Below, in pieces: positions 1 to 12,221 of a DNA stretch of 64,000 nucleotides (position 1 is its first letter; the number at the start of each line of letters is the position of its first letter). The DNA comes from Eledone cirrhosa. Its lineage: Eukaryota. Both the position numbers and the translations under genes were made by a program. The stretch is taken from NCBI GenBank assembly GCA_964016885.1, contig OZ024760.1, forward strand, positions 9,300,001-9,364,000, read 5' to 3'. The notes under the pieces are model-generated. The model made no database searches. It was not told the DNA's origin and saw only the letters and a list, made by a program, of their open reading frames with translations.

Positions 1-19
1 CTTAATTCAGCCTATTGCC

Positions 20-215
20 TTCCATCACTCGTGAACACAGCCCTGAGATACTTGAACTTCTCTACCTACTTCAGTAGATCGCCATTTACATGTAGAGTGC
101 ATTGCACATGTTTCCTTGTAAGGAATAGTATCTCAGTTTTTGCAGCACTGATTTTCATCTCAGCCATGCAGCATTTGGCATCAAACCTATCAAGTGTAAG
201 TTGCAGATTACCATG
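20..215 (-). mobile_element. RTE-type LINE reverse transcriptase fragment (decayed)
   Basis: Minus-strand peptide LQLTLDRFDAKCCMAEMKISAAKTEILFL...VNGDLLK is the post-YADD RT region; the same family is at 54930-55790 (+). Confidence 0.7.
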
Positions 216-544
216 TAAAAATAATAACAATAAAATAATAATATTAATAGACCAATTGAAAGGACCCAAGCCACACGTGGTTTGTGTTGGTAGTGAGGTT
301 ATGTTCATTTTCTGTTGTTATTTCAGCAATTTTGTTCCATCATTTGGATAAGGTGATTGCCTAGGTGACCAGATAGAATTTTTTTCACAGATGGATCTGG
401 TAAAGGACCTTTTCAAATGTTCAAAGTAATAATTTCTTATAAGCTCACATTTCAAAAATGGTGAAGAGAATGAACGAATTAACTGTACTATAAATAGTAT
501 CACCCAAGATTGATAGGGTGATACTATTTTTGATACAGTTAATT

Positions 545-795
545 CGTTCTGAATTGAGAGATCACAGCTCCGATACTATAGGCATGTGGTTAGAATGTCT
601 CAGGAAAGAATCGCTGGACAGATTTCACGGGCAAAAACCAACAGGCAGGAGATCCAAGGGTAGACCCCGAGCAAGATGGTTGGGTAACATCCATGAACTT
701 GGCTGGTCAAGCTTGGAGATCCAGCCAAATCGATTGGAAATGGTTGCTTCCGACAGGACCAGTTGGAAGGAATGCTTTAGGACTCTGAAGTAGTA
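545..795 (+). mobile_element. RTE-type LINE 3' end fragment
   Basis: Peptide TGRRSKGRPRARWLGNI...DRTSWK is a typical RTE ORF C-terminus; homologous to 2960-3210. Confidence 0.7.
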
Positions 796-1394
796 TTTCC
801 CTCTATATATAAATAGTGTGAAGAGCAGACAGACAGGCAGCGCTTTTATTTTCAATTACATAAAAGTAATAAAGAATTCAATATTTAGTCAAACATAAAG
901 AAAAAGAAAGTAGCATTGCAAAATACTATAACTGAAAGAAAGGATGAAGGGGAGAGGGTGACAGACTCGATATCTAAGTCAACGTAGTGTTTGGGCTGTG
1001 CCCCACGGCCGAAATGCCAAAAACATTTCTGTGAACAATGGCCAGCATGTTGCATCCTAGATTAAACATTTACCTCCCTCGAATAGGGAGAGACCAATTG
1101 TGTCAGGTCGGTCTTATAAAATAGATTCACAAGTTGTGGAGTTATCTGTAAAAACACATTTTATTTAAGGAATATATCGTGTAAATACAGTTTAATAGAG
1201 AAAGAAAATAAGAAACTTTAGATTGAGAAGAATGGAATGTAAAATAGGAAAATATAAAGAAAAAACCGGAAAAGGGAGGGAATGGCAAGGATTATAATGT
1301 TACAGAAGAATGGGGAGGATCATTTGGCTCTGGACCTGGGGTGCGACAGTTAAGGGGCAGCGTCCCTAGGACAAAAACGCATGGGTAGCAAGCC

Positions 1395-1810
1395 CGGTTG
1401 GTTTGGCAGTATCGGTAAAGAGTCGGACACCATGCTTTGCAGCATAGAGTTACGGCCCTTTATGGTCTGAGTTCAAATCCCCCCGAGGTCAACTTTGCTT
1501 TTCATCCTTACGGGGTCGATAAAATAAAGCGCCAGCAACGTACTGGGGTCGATTTAATCGACTTTCCCCTTCTCCCAAATTACTGGCCTTGTGCCTATAC
1601 TAGAAATAATTATTAGATGTGGATTGGCAGCATCGGTAGAGCGTCGGACGCCATGCTTTGACGCATAGAGTTACGGCCCTTTATGGTCGTCTGAGTTCAA
1701 ATGCCGCCGAGGTTAACTTTGCCTTTCATCCTTACGGGGTCGATAAAATAAAGTACCAGTAATACACTGAGGTAATTGCTGGCCTTGTGCCAAAAGTAGA
1801 AACAATTATT
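1395..1810 (+). mobile_element. Two tandem tRNA-derived SINE copies (family A)
   Basis: Head TTGGCAGTATCGGTAGAGCGTCGG (A-box-like), GAGTTCAAATCC (B box), body AACTTTGCCTTTCATCCTTACGGGGTCGATAAAATAAAGTACCAG; more than 12 full or partial copies in the window. Confidence 0.85.
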
Positions 1811-1829
1811 AGATGTTGAAGCAGTTACT

Positions 1830-1920
1830 CTCGACTTCCGGTGCTAAAGATAGCTGCTTTAGTTGCTAAGCAACCCACAGGAAGTGGCTACAAACAATAA
1901 ACTATTTCTATTCGACTCTA
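1830..1920 (+). promoter_or_regulatory. Probable promoter/non-coding first exon of the LRR gene, with RFX X-box and ETS sites
   Basis: Palindromic GTTGCTAAGCAAC (1862-1874) flanked by ACTTCCGG and CAGGAAGT; strong donor GTAAGT at 1921; next acceptor TCTTATCTAG ends at 3323. Confidence 0.55.
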
Positions 1921-1965
1921 GTAAGTTTTTCTTTCTCTCTTTTGTCAATTCTGTAGTTTTATACC

Positions 1966-2230
1966 TGTGAGAATTATATTTAATATTTTTACATAATAAT
2001 TATTATTATTATTATTATGTGAGAATTATATTTAATATTTTTACATAATAATAATAATTATTATTATTATGTGAGAATTATATTTAATATTTTTACATAA
2101 TAATAATAATTATTATTATTATGTGAGAATTATATTTAATATTTTTACATAATAATAATTATTATTATTATTATGTGAGAATTATATTTAATATTTTCAC
2201 ATAATAATAATAATTATTATTATTATTATT
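1966..2230. repeat. AT-rich minisatellite, ~52 bp x5
   Basis: TGTGAGAATTATATTTAATATTTTTACATAATAAT(TAT)n repeated. Confidence 0.9.
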
Positions 2231-2279
2231 GGGGTGGGGGGGGGGGGTAAATTTAATATTTTGATAATAATTATTGTTC

Positions 2280-2650
2280 AATTACCACCGAGTTAGCTTT
2301 ACCTATTATCCTTACGGGGGTCATTAAAATAAAGTACCCAAACTGCACCGGGGTCGAGTTAATCGACTTTCCCCTCCCCTACCCCCCAAAAATTGTCGGC
2401 CTTGTGCCTAAATCAGAAACTATTATTTCTTGAGTATTGGTAACATCGGTAGAGCGTCAGACACCATGCTTTTCAGCATAGAGTTATGGCCCTATGCGTT
2501 CTGAGTTCATATCCCGCCGAGGTTAACTTTGCCTTTCATCTTTACGGGGTCGATAAAATAAAGTACCAGTAATGCACTGAGGTCGATTTAATAAACTTTC
2601 CCCTCTCCCCAAATTGCTGGCCTTGTGCCTAAAGTAGAAACAATTATTTC
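2280..2650 (+). mobile_element. Family A SINE copies (one partial, one full)
   Basis: Same head and body motifs as 1395-1810. Confidence 0.8.
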
Positions 2651-2959
2651 TTGGGAAATATCGATTTCAGTGCGAAATAATTTTTTCTTAGTTTTATTTT
2701 CTTCGTGTGTTATCAATTAAACTTACCTTCTAATATGATGCGAAGTGCTGTTTCCCTCGGAAAAGGGAGGGAGGGCCGGACTTTTCCCCTCTTTTTTCCG
2801 TGTGCTACCAACTAATCTTACCCCTGAACATGCTGCAAAGGACTTTTTTTTCCCTGAAAACGAGAGAGGAACCTCGAACTTTTCACACACTTCCCTCTCC
2901 CGAGGTTGTGGTTTGGGGGTAAAGAAAACTCTGGGAGGAGGGGGGCGTGGACAGGTCCG

Positions 2960-3210
2960 AGCCCTTCTCCAACTGATCCAGCTGGATCCCCAAGCGAGAC
3001 CAACCAAGTTCATGGATGTTATCCAACCATCTTGCTCGGGGTCTACCCCTGCGTCTCCTACCTGTTCGTTTCGCCCGTAAAATCTGTCCAGTGATTCTTT
3101 CCTGAGACATTCTAACCACATGTCCATAATATCGTAGCTGTGGTCTCTCAATTCGGAGAAGTAGTGGCTCTACCTGGAGTGACTCTCTGATCTCCGAGCT
3201 ACACACTTTA
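2960..3210 (-). mobile_element. RTE-type LINE 3' fragment
   Basis: EIRESLQVEPLLLRIERPQLRYYGHVVRM...GRRRRGRPRARWLDNI. Confidence 0.8.
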
Positions 3211-3343
3211 TCGAGTTATGTTACTCCAAAGACCCTAAGAAAATATTGAAAAATATAACGGAAAAGGAAGGGAAAGGCAAGGACTCTAGTGAATTAATCA
3301 ATTATTTTATACTTCTTATCTAGATGACGACTTGAAAACAACG

Positions 3344-4075
3344 ATGATGGATATTTTAGAAGTTGAGAATTACATTGAAAATGCTTGTAAAATAAAAGAC
3401 ACTTCATTGAACTTAAGTCATCGCTGTCTAACTGTCATACCTCCAAATCTCACCAGCTTAAAATGGATACATAGCTTGCTGTTGAACAATAATATGTTAC
3501 TTCTACCACCAGACATCAGTGAGTTTAGGGAATTAGAAGAACTGACCCTGGACCACAATAAGTTAACTCTACTACCAAGCCAAATTGACAAACTACAACA
3601 TTTGAAAAAACTTATTTGCTGTGATAATCCACTTGGAACAATCATGCCAAATATCGGTTGCCTCAATAAACTCCAAGAACTCTGGTTGAATTCTTGTCAG
3701 CTTATGTTCTTACCAAATGAAATTGGTAACTTAAAAAACTTGTGTAAATTCAGTGCCAAAGTGAACCATTTGACTTCCATACCAGATACTATTGGTGGAC
3801 TTAGTAACCTTCATTGGATTAACCTGTCGAATAATTCGTTCCGTGACCTTCCAGAAAGTTTTGGTAAGCTTCAGGCACTCAGTTATGTGAACTTGAGTTG
3901 TAATAAGCTTAAAACAGTTCCAAAGTGTTTTCTTAGTTTGCCACAGATTGTAATGTTGGACGTAAGAGAGAATGAAATATCTGAAGTCTCTGAAAACATC
4001 CTTATGGCATTACCAAACTTGGATAGGCTGGATTTGAGAGAGAATATCATTCAGAAGACACCACAATCATGGCAA
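3344..4075 (+). CDS. Leucine-rich repeat protein, coding exon 1 (244 codons, ~10 LRRs)
   Basis: LxxLxLxxNxLxxLP repeats (LEELTLDHNKLTLLP, LHWINLSNNSFRDLP, LSYVNLSCNKLKTVP); acceptor ends at 3323, ATG 3344, donor CAA|GTAAGT at 4076 (phase 0). Confidence 0.9.
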
Positions 4076-4465
4076 GTAAGTGTTGTAGACCTAGTAAGGT
4101 ATGATGAGATAGTAAGAGGATGTGGGTAGGAATACCAGTCATTACTTAACCCATTTGTGGCTTGTAGCTTTCAGCATTGCTCTTGGCTGTTGCTTGTGGT
4201 TGTGATGGCCTTAGCAGTATCTTGTTGATCTTGTCCATCTTATCAATACTCTCAGGGGATATTTAATATGTTGTGTGTGACTGCGGCATTGAGCCAGAGA
4301 CTACGCAGCACCTCCTGATACGACGACCCCTGCTGGAACACCCCTGCACAGCATTGGACTTGGCAGAGTTTAATGAGAAAGGACAGCAATGTGTTCAGCT
4401 GTGCAGAACCACATCTAGCCAAGCTTTGTAACTGGTGCTCTTGTGGACACGATAAGAGGAAGAAC

Positions 4466-4684
4466 TTAACCCTTTAACATTTAAACCGGCCAGAATTCTC
4501 TCACCTCTTTCTGTTCAAACCAGCTGTAACTGGCTGGTCATACTGATGTTAAAGTGTTGTTCTCAAAATGAATAATATCAAAATCTCATAGATTCGATAC
4601 TATGTGAGATAATAATGTAAGATAAAGCCTTTACCATGAAAATACATTAATATATAGAGAGCAATGTAAATGCTAAAGGGTTAA
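4466..4684. mobile_element. piggyBac-like MITE (TTAA-CCCTTTAGCATT...AATGCTAAAGGG-TTAA)
   Basis: Terminal inverted repeats starting CCC, flanked by TTAA; other copies at 7684-7905, 13505-13680, ~24758-24975, ~31276-31495, ~34730-34933, ~35230-35450, ~39928-40432. Confidence 0.8.
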
Positions 4685-4986
4685 TGGCATAGTGACCCTG
4701 TTTTGCACAACACCTGGGGTGGGTTGGCTCTTAGGAACAACACTTGTAAAGGGCCCCTGTTCCAAGTCCTGGCATCAGCTGGTACCAACTCACAACCCTA
4801 GATATTAATCTGTTAAATCAGGGTTCAGCCTGGTATTCCTTCCTCAGTTTAAGAATAGTTAGAGTGTAGTGGCTGTGCAGGTATGGTATGTTTAGTAAAA
4901 GAGTCATGATTAAATGTAGCTTTTCATTAATGAAATCCTGGGAATATATCTTAAAGAAGATGATATACATGGTTAAAATCTGTTTT

Positions 4987-5328
4987 CATCATCATCATCA
5001 TTTCATTTTACGTCCGCTTTTCCCTGCTTGCAAGGGTGGGACGGGAACTGATTCTGGCTTGACTTCTACAGCTGGATGCCCTTCCTAACACCAACCTCAT
5101 TTACAGTGAATGCTGGGTGCTTTTTTGCCGTGGCACCTCCACGACCACTTTGCAGTGGAATGATATGGACCCCAGACCCTATCATCTCATTTCTACAGCT
5201 GAGTAAACTGGAGCAATGTGAAATAAAGTGTCTTGCTCAAGGAAACAACACATCACTCAGTCTGAGAATTGAACTCACAACCTTTCGACTGCAAGGCCAA
5301 TGCTCTAACCACTAAGCCATGTGCCTCC
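4987..5328 (-). mobile_element. tRNA-derived CORE-like SINE (family B)
   Basis: Reverse complement of GGAGGCACATGGCTTAGTGGTTAGAGC...GAGTTCAATTCTC...TCCTTGAGCAAGACACTT (CORE-like)...tail GGACGTAAAATGATGATG. Confidence 0.85.
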
Positions 5329-5793
5329 ATAATGTTTTGGTAATATCAATTGTTGTTTAGTTGGAACTGATCCTGATTTAGATTTAAAATAGAGTAGTAA
5401 ACACACATGCATGTTTACTACTCTAAAATAATACCATACCTGCACAGACACCACACTCTAACTAGCCTTAAACTGACTCTTGAAGCCACTGTCTTGCTTT
5501 TGTTCTCAAAAACGTTTGTTAGAAAAAGATTTTTAAGGAACCCTTTTCATTTTTCTTGTGAAGAAAATCTATAGTTGTTGGAGATTTCTCAAAATCTCAT
5601 ACTTTCTTGAGTATTCTTGCTGTCTGCCATTGAACCAACTCCTGAAGGTTAAGTTATAAAACTAAAAAAAAAAAATTCATAAACATTTTTAAAGAAATTA
5701 AAAATAATTTTGAGGTTTTTTGAACAGAGTTTAGATTGGCTGAAACATATGTCTGTTTGAAAATGCATTGATTCTTTGGTGTTTTTAAAATTA

Positions 5794-5835
<42 letters not shown>

Positions 5836-5847
5836 ATATATATCTAT

Positions 5848-6093
5848 CTAAGGCGGGTAAAATTCCCGAGATCCATGGACGAGTTCTCTCCAGCGGTCTC
5901 TGTCCCTCATTATCGCTGCCATGTCCTGCGTCTCCAACAGACCACTGTCTGTCCTTAGGGCATCAACATACGTTAACCTTGGTCTTCCTCTTCTAGTGTG
6001 TCCATGTAGGGGCTCCCACAGGAGCACTGAGTGCAATGTCAACTCTGGATGTCGGTGAGCATGTCCAGCTAACCTCAGTCTCCTCTGTGTCAC
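5848..6093 (-). mobile_element. Non-LTR retrotransposon ORF C-terminal fragment
   Basis: RRLRLAGHAHRHPEL...LLWEPLHGHTRRGRPRLTYVD...DRDRWRELV, an RTE-like C-terminus. Confidence 0.75.
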
Positions 6094-6320
6094 TTTTGAG
6101 CTGACTTTTGGGATATATATAGTAATAAACAGAGTAAATTGTGTGTTTAAAATTACGAGGGTTAAGATACCACGTTGGTTTGACAGATTTAACCAGAAGC
6201 AAACGGAATAACAGGATAAAGAGTAAAATGTAGAGACTGTGTCAATAAATGTACAGACTGTGTCAATAAATGTACAGGCCGTTTCAATTGCTTCAGGTTA
6301 AATCTGTCAAACCAACTCTT

Positions 6321-6354
<34 letters not shown>

Positions 6355-6624
6355 CGCGTGTGTGTATATGTGTGTGGATGTATATATATGTGTGTGTGTG
6401 TGTGTGTGTACAGAAAGGGAACTTAAGAAAATGTTCATAACCTGGAACACAATTATATCAATTTGAAATGTTATACTTTTGATTCCAAACCACCCCCAGT
6501 TGTTTTAAAATATTTATATTTATCTCTTACATCATAATTTTATGTAATAACCTTTGTTAAGTTACGTTCCAAACACCAATAGTTTGTTATATTACCAATT
6601 CTCTCCAAATTTTTGATTATTTTC

Positions 6625-6820
6625 AAAGGGTTAATGACATAGACAGTGTCTTTCATTAGAAATATGGTAATGAAAGAGTTAATGACATAGTGTCTTTCAT
6701 TAGAAATATGGTAATGAAAGGGTTAATGACATAGTGTCTTTCATTAGAAATATGGTAATGAAAGGGTTAATGCCACAGGCAGTGTCTTTCATTAGAAATA
6801 TAGCAATGAAAGGGTTAATA
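6625..6820. repeat. Tandem ~43-47 bp x4 duplication of a MITE terminus
   Basis: AGTGTCTTTCATTAGAAATATGGTAATGAAAGGGTTAATGACAT repeated; each unit includes (G/A)GGTTAA; lies just upstream of LRR exon 2. Confidence 0.75.
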
Positions 6821-6910
6821 TTGGAACATAAACTAAAAAAAAAGGGTTATTTTAAAAATTGTAATAAAAGTTCATCGAGAATATTTATCTCTACTACTGA
6901 CTCATTTCAG

Positions 6911-7465
6911 AATGTGAATTATATCCTAACTGGTAAATATGAAGACAATATTCCTCAGACACATTCCGGTTCCTTCAGATTGAAGAAATTTAAAAGACTA
7001 CAGTGTTGGCAGACGAAACATAGCTGTTCCATTAACAATGATTGTGGAGTCATGATGAATAAGTCTGGAAGAAAGATTACCGAGGCCATACAAGATTGGG
7101 AAGAGAATGACTGGCATGAGTTGATTTATATCGACATCACAGATAATAATAATAACAATAATAATAATAGTAATAATAACAATGGTAATAGTAAGGGTGG
7201 AGATGGTATCTCTGCTGATAGTGTTAGACAAGACTTTGTGAAAGATGACTCAGCCGTAAAAAAGAACAGTATGGAAGAGAGAGGAAATATTGTTGAATGT
7301 GAAGCTGGTAATGTTAGGACTATGGACTACACAAAGAACTTGATTCGAGCTGATAGTGTTAAAGAAAGGTGGCTTCTCCAAGCTGAATCAGTCGATACGA
7401 AAACATGCAGAAATAAAGAGAATTTCATACAAATTCTACAAAATTCTGAATACAATCCACCATAG
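6911..7465 (+). CDS. LRR protein, last coding exon (184 aa, low-complexity tail with poly-Asn)
   Basis: Acceptor CTCATTTCAG|AAT at 6911 (phase 0), in frame with exon 1 (..PQSWQ|NVNYILTG..); stop TAG ends at 7465; joined protein ~428 aa. Confidence 0.7.
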   Translation, partial: NVNYILTGKYEDNIPQTHSGSFRLKKFKRLQCWQTKHSCSINNDCGVMMNKSGRKITEAIQDWEENDWHELIYIDITDNNNNNNNNSNNNNGNSKGGDGISADSVRQDFVKDDSAVKKNSMEERGNIVECEAGNVRTMDYTKNLIRADSVKERWLLQAESVDTKTCRNKENFIQILQNSEYNPP

Positions 7466-7474
7466 AATTGTTTG

Positions 7475-7950
7475 ATTAATTAGCTTGCATTTAACTAAAT
7501 AAAAATAATTAACTGGCTTGTATTTAATAAGAATAATTATCTAGCTTTCATTTAATTGAATAAAAATAATTAACTGACTTGCATTTAACTAAATAAAAAT
7601 AATTAACTAGCTTTCATTTAATTAAATTAAAATAATTAATTGGCTTGCATTTAACTAAATAAAAATAATTAACTAGCTTGCATTTAACCCGTTAGTATTT
7701 ACATTATATATACTATTGTATTTTCACGGTAAAGGCTTTATCTCATAAATATTTCACATAATATTAAATCTATGAGATTTTGATATTATTTATTTTGAGA
7801 ACAAAACCTTAACATCAGTATGAGTGGCCGGTTACGGCAAGCTTGAACAGAAAGAGATGAGAGAATTCAGGCCGGATACAGCCGATTTAAATGTTAAAGG
7901 GTTAACTAAATATAAATAATTAACTAGCTTTCATTTAACTAAATAAAAAT
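7475..7950. repeat. ~33-bp AT-rich tandem repeat in the LRR 3' region, interrupted by a piggyBac-like MITE (7684-7905)
   Basis: TTGCATTTAACTAAATAAAAATAATTAACTAGC units; MITE inserted at a unit's TTAA with duplication. Confidence 0.8.
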
Positions 7951-8083
7951 TTATTCCCAAAGTGACTTTAACCCTTTTGATACGAAACCACTTGAAACTG
8001 TCTCTGGTTCTATGATACAAAACTTTGTATTAAAGTGTTTATATTTATATAAAACCTTCATAATTTTATGTAAGAAAATGTTA

Positions 8084-8274
8084 CAGACCTGTCAGCTCTC
8101 CCTCTCCGACGGGGAGATCTCCCACCAACTTTGGAGTGGACGACAGATGTCTTTTGTAAAAATGGGTATAGCTTTCATTATGTAAAATCTCCCCATTTTC
8201 CCTCATTTCTTCCCTGTTTAGGGCACATTTTTTCATGGTATCTCCATTTGGGTTTTTAGAGGTTGGCAGGTCTG
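8084..8274. mobile_element. Small TIR element (hAT-like MITE) nested in another MITE
   Basis: CAGACCTGTCAGCTCT ... AGAGGTTGGCAGGTCTG inverted termini; the host element (~7968-8410) resembles 6500-6630 and 36050-36220. Confidence 0.55.
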
Positions 8275-8959
8275 TTGTTAAGTTTCAAACACCTGCTTAA
8301 CACTGAGAAAGTTAGCTACATTAGGAAATCACTCCAAATTTATTTTATTATTTTCAAAATTGAAAAGAATTTGAAGTGTCTTTTAATTGAGATATAGTAA
8401 GGAAAAGGTAAATAAATTCATGTAACCACATTGGGACATTACTGAAGAAATATTGTTGGTGGATTTTCTAGAGACACGACAGAAATTGAACTAACCATTA
8501 CAAACAAATAAAACACTTGTCACTTTTATAGATATGTTGCCTCTGTTTATAGTCTTTTCCATGTAGGCAAGGGTGCAGGGGAATGAAAACTGGAGCTTAT
8601 CCTGTTTTTATATCAGAGAACATCATCATCACCTCGCTAAACTCAGAACGTAAAGCGCCGTAACTTTATGCCGCAAAGCATGGTGTCAGACGCTCTACCT
8701 ATTCTGCCAACCCACTGCCCAATAATTATTACTGGTTAGGTGTGTAGAAGGAATGAGAAGAGGAAGAAAACCCTTTTTATTTAAAATGGCAGGTAAAGGG
8801 AGCTAACTAAATCAATACCAGTGTAATAAAATATTTTATATAATACTACTTGTCCTTTGGATTGACTGCTTTACCTATTCGGATATTTATTATAAAATTC
8901 AACTATATATATATATATATATATATACAACAGACACGATGATGATGATATATATATGT

Positions 8960-9290
8960 CATCATTCATCATCATTTCATTTTACGTCCGCTTTTCCCTG
9001 CTTGCAAGGGTGGGATGGGAACTGATTCTGGCTTGATTTCTACAGCTGGATGCCCTTCCTAACACCAACCTCATTTACAGTGAGTGCTGGGTGCTTTTTT
9101 TTTTTTTTGCCATGGCACCTCCACGACCACTTTACAGTGGAATGATAGGGACCCCAGTCCCTATCATCTCATTTCTACAGCTGAGTAAACTGGAGCAATG
9201 TGAAATAAAGTATCTTGCTCAAAGAAACAACACATCACTCGGTCTGAGAATTGAACTCACAACCTTTTGATTGCAAGGCCAATGCTATAA
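8960..9290 (-). mobile_element. Family B SINE
   Basis: Close match to 4987-5328. Confidence 0.85.
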
Positions 9291-10199
9291 CCATATATAT
9301 ATACAACAGACACGATGATGATGATGATATATATATATATCATCATCATCATCTCTGTTTTCTACGTTGGCATGGGTTAGATGAGTTATCCTGTTGTCAG
9401 ACAATGCTAGGTCAGGTGACCATGTCTTGCTCATACAAAACCGATTTTGGCTTGATTTCTACAACTGGATGCCCTCCCTAGCACCAACTTCCATTACAGT
9501 GTGGACTGGGTGCTTTTTGCCGTGACATCTACATGACCACTTTACAGTGTGGTCTGTATTTTCCTGACATTTGTACATTATTCTATGTACTATACATGCA
9601 CCTTTGATGAGTTGTAGTGCACCTGAGCACTGTACACAATAATTTCATTATTATTATTATTATTATATATACATATATATAAATAACATCACTATCTCCC
9701 TGACCCCCTCCAGTATCACTCCCTGACCCCCTCCAGTATCACACCTCAGTAACTACTCTCTTCACTGCTATGTCTCTTCCCACCAAGCCTCCTCCACTAT
9801 CACTCCTTAGCTATTCTCTCCATCACTACACCTCCTCTTCCCTGGTTAGTGCGACCCTCCCTCGCTCCATGCTGGATAAATATCTTAATATCGTGCAAAT
9901 TAATTTTGACATTCATTTCTAGTTTCTACAAATTATCTCCCCTTACCTCTGAGAGTCGCTAACATTTGTCTGTTTGTGCTACTAACACGTAAATTTTAAT
10001 TCATTAAGAACTTTTTGCAGACAACATTCAGTACTACCCTATGTACTATACATACACTTTTTGATGAGTTGTAGTGCACCTGAGCACTGTACACAATATT
10101 TCATTATTATACTATCACACTTTAATCTTTTTTTTTTTCATATTCATGCCATTGGCTCATTTGAGTTGTTTCCCTTTGCTCATTATATTTTAATCAGCG

Positions 10200-10345
10200 C
10201 ATATACTCTTGTATAAGTCGCACAGGCTTACACTTCAATGTTACATACAGAAAAGCATTTTGTATGTCCATTAGATGAGTCGCATGCTGTCATTCCACAT
10301 GGCATTTTCGTTGGAAAATGTGCGACTTATATATGAACATATACT
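10200..10345. mobile_element. pogo/Tigger-like MITE
   Basis: Inverted ends TATAAGTCGCACA ... TGTGCGACTTATA. Confidence 0.55.
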
Positions 10346-10350
10346 GCATG

Positions 10351-10549
10351 CGAGGGTTCACTGAAAATTTCATAGGCTGACCAAGATACTCTCATGGAAT
10401 GACCAAATGAGGTTTATTTTTCAACATAGTCTCCGGGAAAGAAACAATGCAGTTATTAATAAGAAGTGTTGAGATTAATGCATGCAAGATTTCACAGCTG
10501 TAGCATCACCTCTTCATAGTCAGCCTATGAACTTTTCAGCCAACCCTCG
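10351..10549. mobile_element. mariner-like MITE
   Basis: CGAGGGTT..CTGAAAA ... TTTTCAGCCAACCCTCG-TA; second copy at 13020-13218 flanked by TA. Confidence 0.8.
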
Positions 10550-11449
10550 TATATCGTAATACGCTATACACTGTATATGCGCTATATACAGTATGTACGC
10601 TATATACAACATATACGCTATATACAATATATAGCGTATATACTGTATATACACGATACTTTACTGACACTTACGAAGTGACAGTTTCTCATATTCATTA
10701 ATCAGGGTTTGGGAAACAATCCACCAATCACTGAGCTTACTGTATGTCACGTGATAGTAGTACGCGCCACATTCACAAAACTACACATTTACATACAATA
10801 TCATAGATAGATAATTATTGAATCTTATATATATATATATATATACACACACACATGCGCGCACCTGTCTATTAGAACTGTGTCAGTACATTAGTTGTAT
10901 AATGTAAACACACACACACACATATATATTTATATATATATATATATATATATATGAAAGGATGCATGGTATAACACCCACTCATTCCACTGCGGTATTT
11001 ACAATTTAGAAGAGAGGAGAGAATGCTGGCATATTTACGGAACCATATACGAAGTTCACTGTTAAGGAACATTGCTACATCAACACCTCCACGTATCATT
11101 ATCTCGATCTTTTAAACTGTAGCTAGTTCTTTATATATATATACATATTAATGTTAAGTGAGATGTGCAAGTGCATAAGATTGTAGTATTTGTTTCATGG
11201 GATGAACATCACAACATCCTGTTCATTTCATCATTCGCTCCCTCCCTCCCTCTCTCTTTCTCTTTCTATGTTTAATATATTATATATGATATTTGTGTAA
11301 ACCACTTTTGATGCATTGATTCTGGTCGCATAGTGAAAGCTATGTACTGTGTGTGTGTGTGTGTATACGACACATACATTAGTTAGGGTGTATGTATTTA
11401 TATTTGTGTATGTAAGAGAAGAAACATTAGCTGTACACATCAGATGGAG

Positions 11450-11551
11450 ATGATAAACACATTTTGTTGGTGTGTTTTCTTGGAGTTATGAAGACAAGAA
11501 GTGCTGAATTCTAGGATCAAGATTTCGTTTCGAATTACTAATAATAACTCG
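11450..11551 (+). other. Possible non-coding 5' UTR exon of the CDR2-like gene
   Basis: Unique sequence ending in CG|GTAAAT, ~600 bp upstream of acceptor CATTCAG (ends 12153); start position is uncertain. Confidence 0.3.
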
Positions 11552-12160
11552 GTAAATTTAATTTCTTCTCCTATTAATCATTTTAGGTATTGTTAATGTT
11601 TTATGAAATTGCCCCTGTTTATATATTAAGCGACATGATGCATTATCAAAAGATGGTGCGTTGTTTTACATAACGCAAGTTGTTATATTTCCGATAAACA
11701 TGTGTTTTTCACACGGGTTCAAACCCCAACTAACGCCCTTGGAGAAAGGCGTGTACGTCACAACGGGTATATATTTCTCCACCTCTTAACGATCATACAG
11801 CTTTTCTGTCGATAATTTATGTATAATATTGTAGATACATATGTATAGATGCTTGTATATAAATGCATTGTAATTATAATATATGTATGTGTTTGTGAGA
11901 ATTAAAATTCTCAGTAGAAATCGTTAGTTGCTGATATTAAGAAATATATGTTGATGTCATCAGTGAAGAGGTTTATCACAAAACAACTTCATCCATCACC
12001 TATATTATTTATAAAGCTGCATGTATATATACATCCAACTTAATATTATTTCATTAGAAAAAACAACCCTTCCGTTTTTTAATATAAAACACATTCTTTA
12101 CATCTAAAATTTTAAATTTCACTGGATTAAAATAACTTAACTTCATCATTCAGTGACAGA

Positions 12161-12221
12161 ATGGAGTTTTTATCTCGAGTGGACTCAGAATTGGATGAGG
12201 AAGAACAATCTTATGAAAACG
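12161..12221 (+). CDS. CDR2: CDR2/CDR2L-family protein, coding exon 1 (MEFLSRVDSELDEEEQSYEN, phase 1)
   Basis: ATG 12161, donor G|GTAAGT at 12222; G+AT gives the Asp of DLQLAAE; acidic N-terminus as in vertebrate CDR2. Confidence 0.8.

Noticed and set aside
900-1390. Possible Penelope/other retroelement remnant
   Set aside because: No motif could be read with confidence
6734-6910. N-terminal part of the 243-aa ORF
   Set aside because: Lies in a MITE-end tandem repeat in the intron; a good acceptor at 6910 gives an in-frame join to the LRR exon
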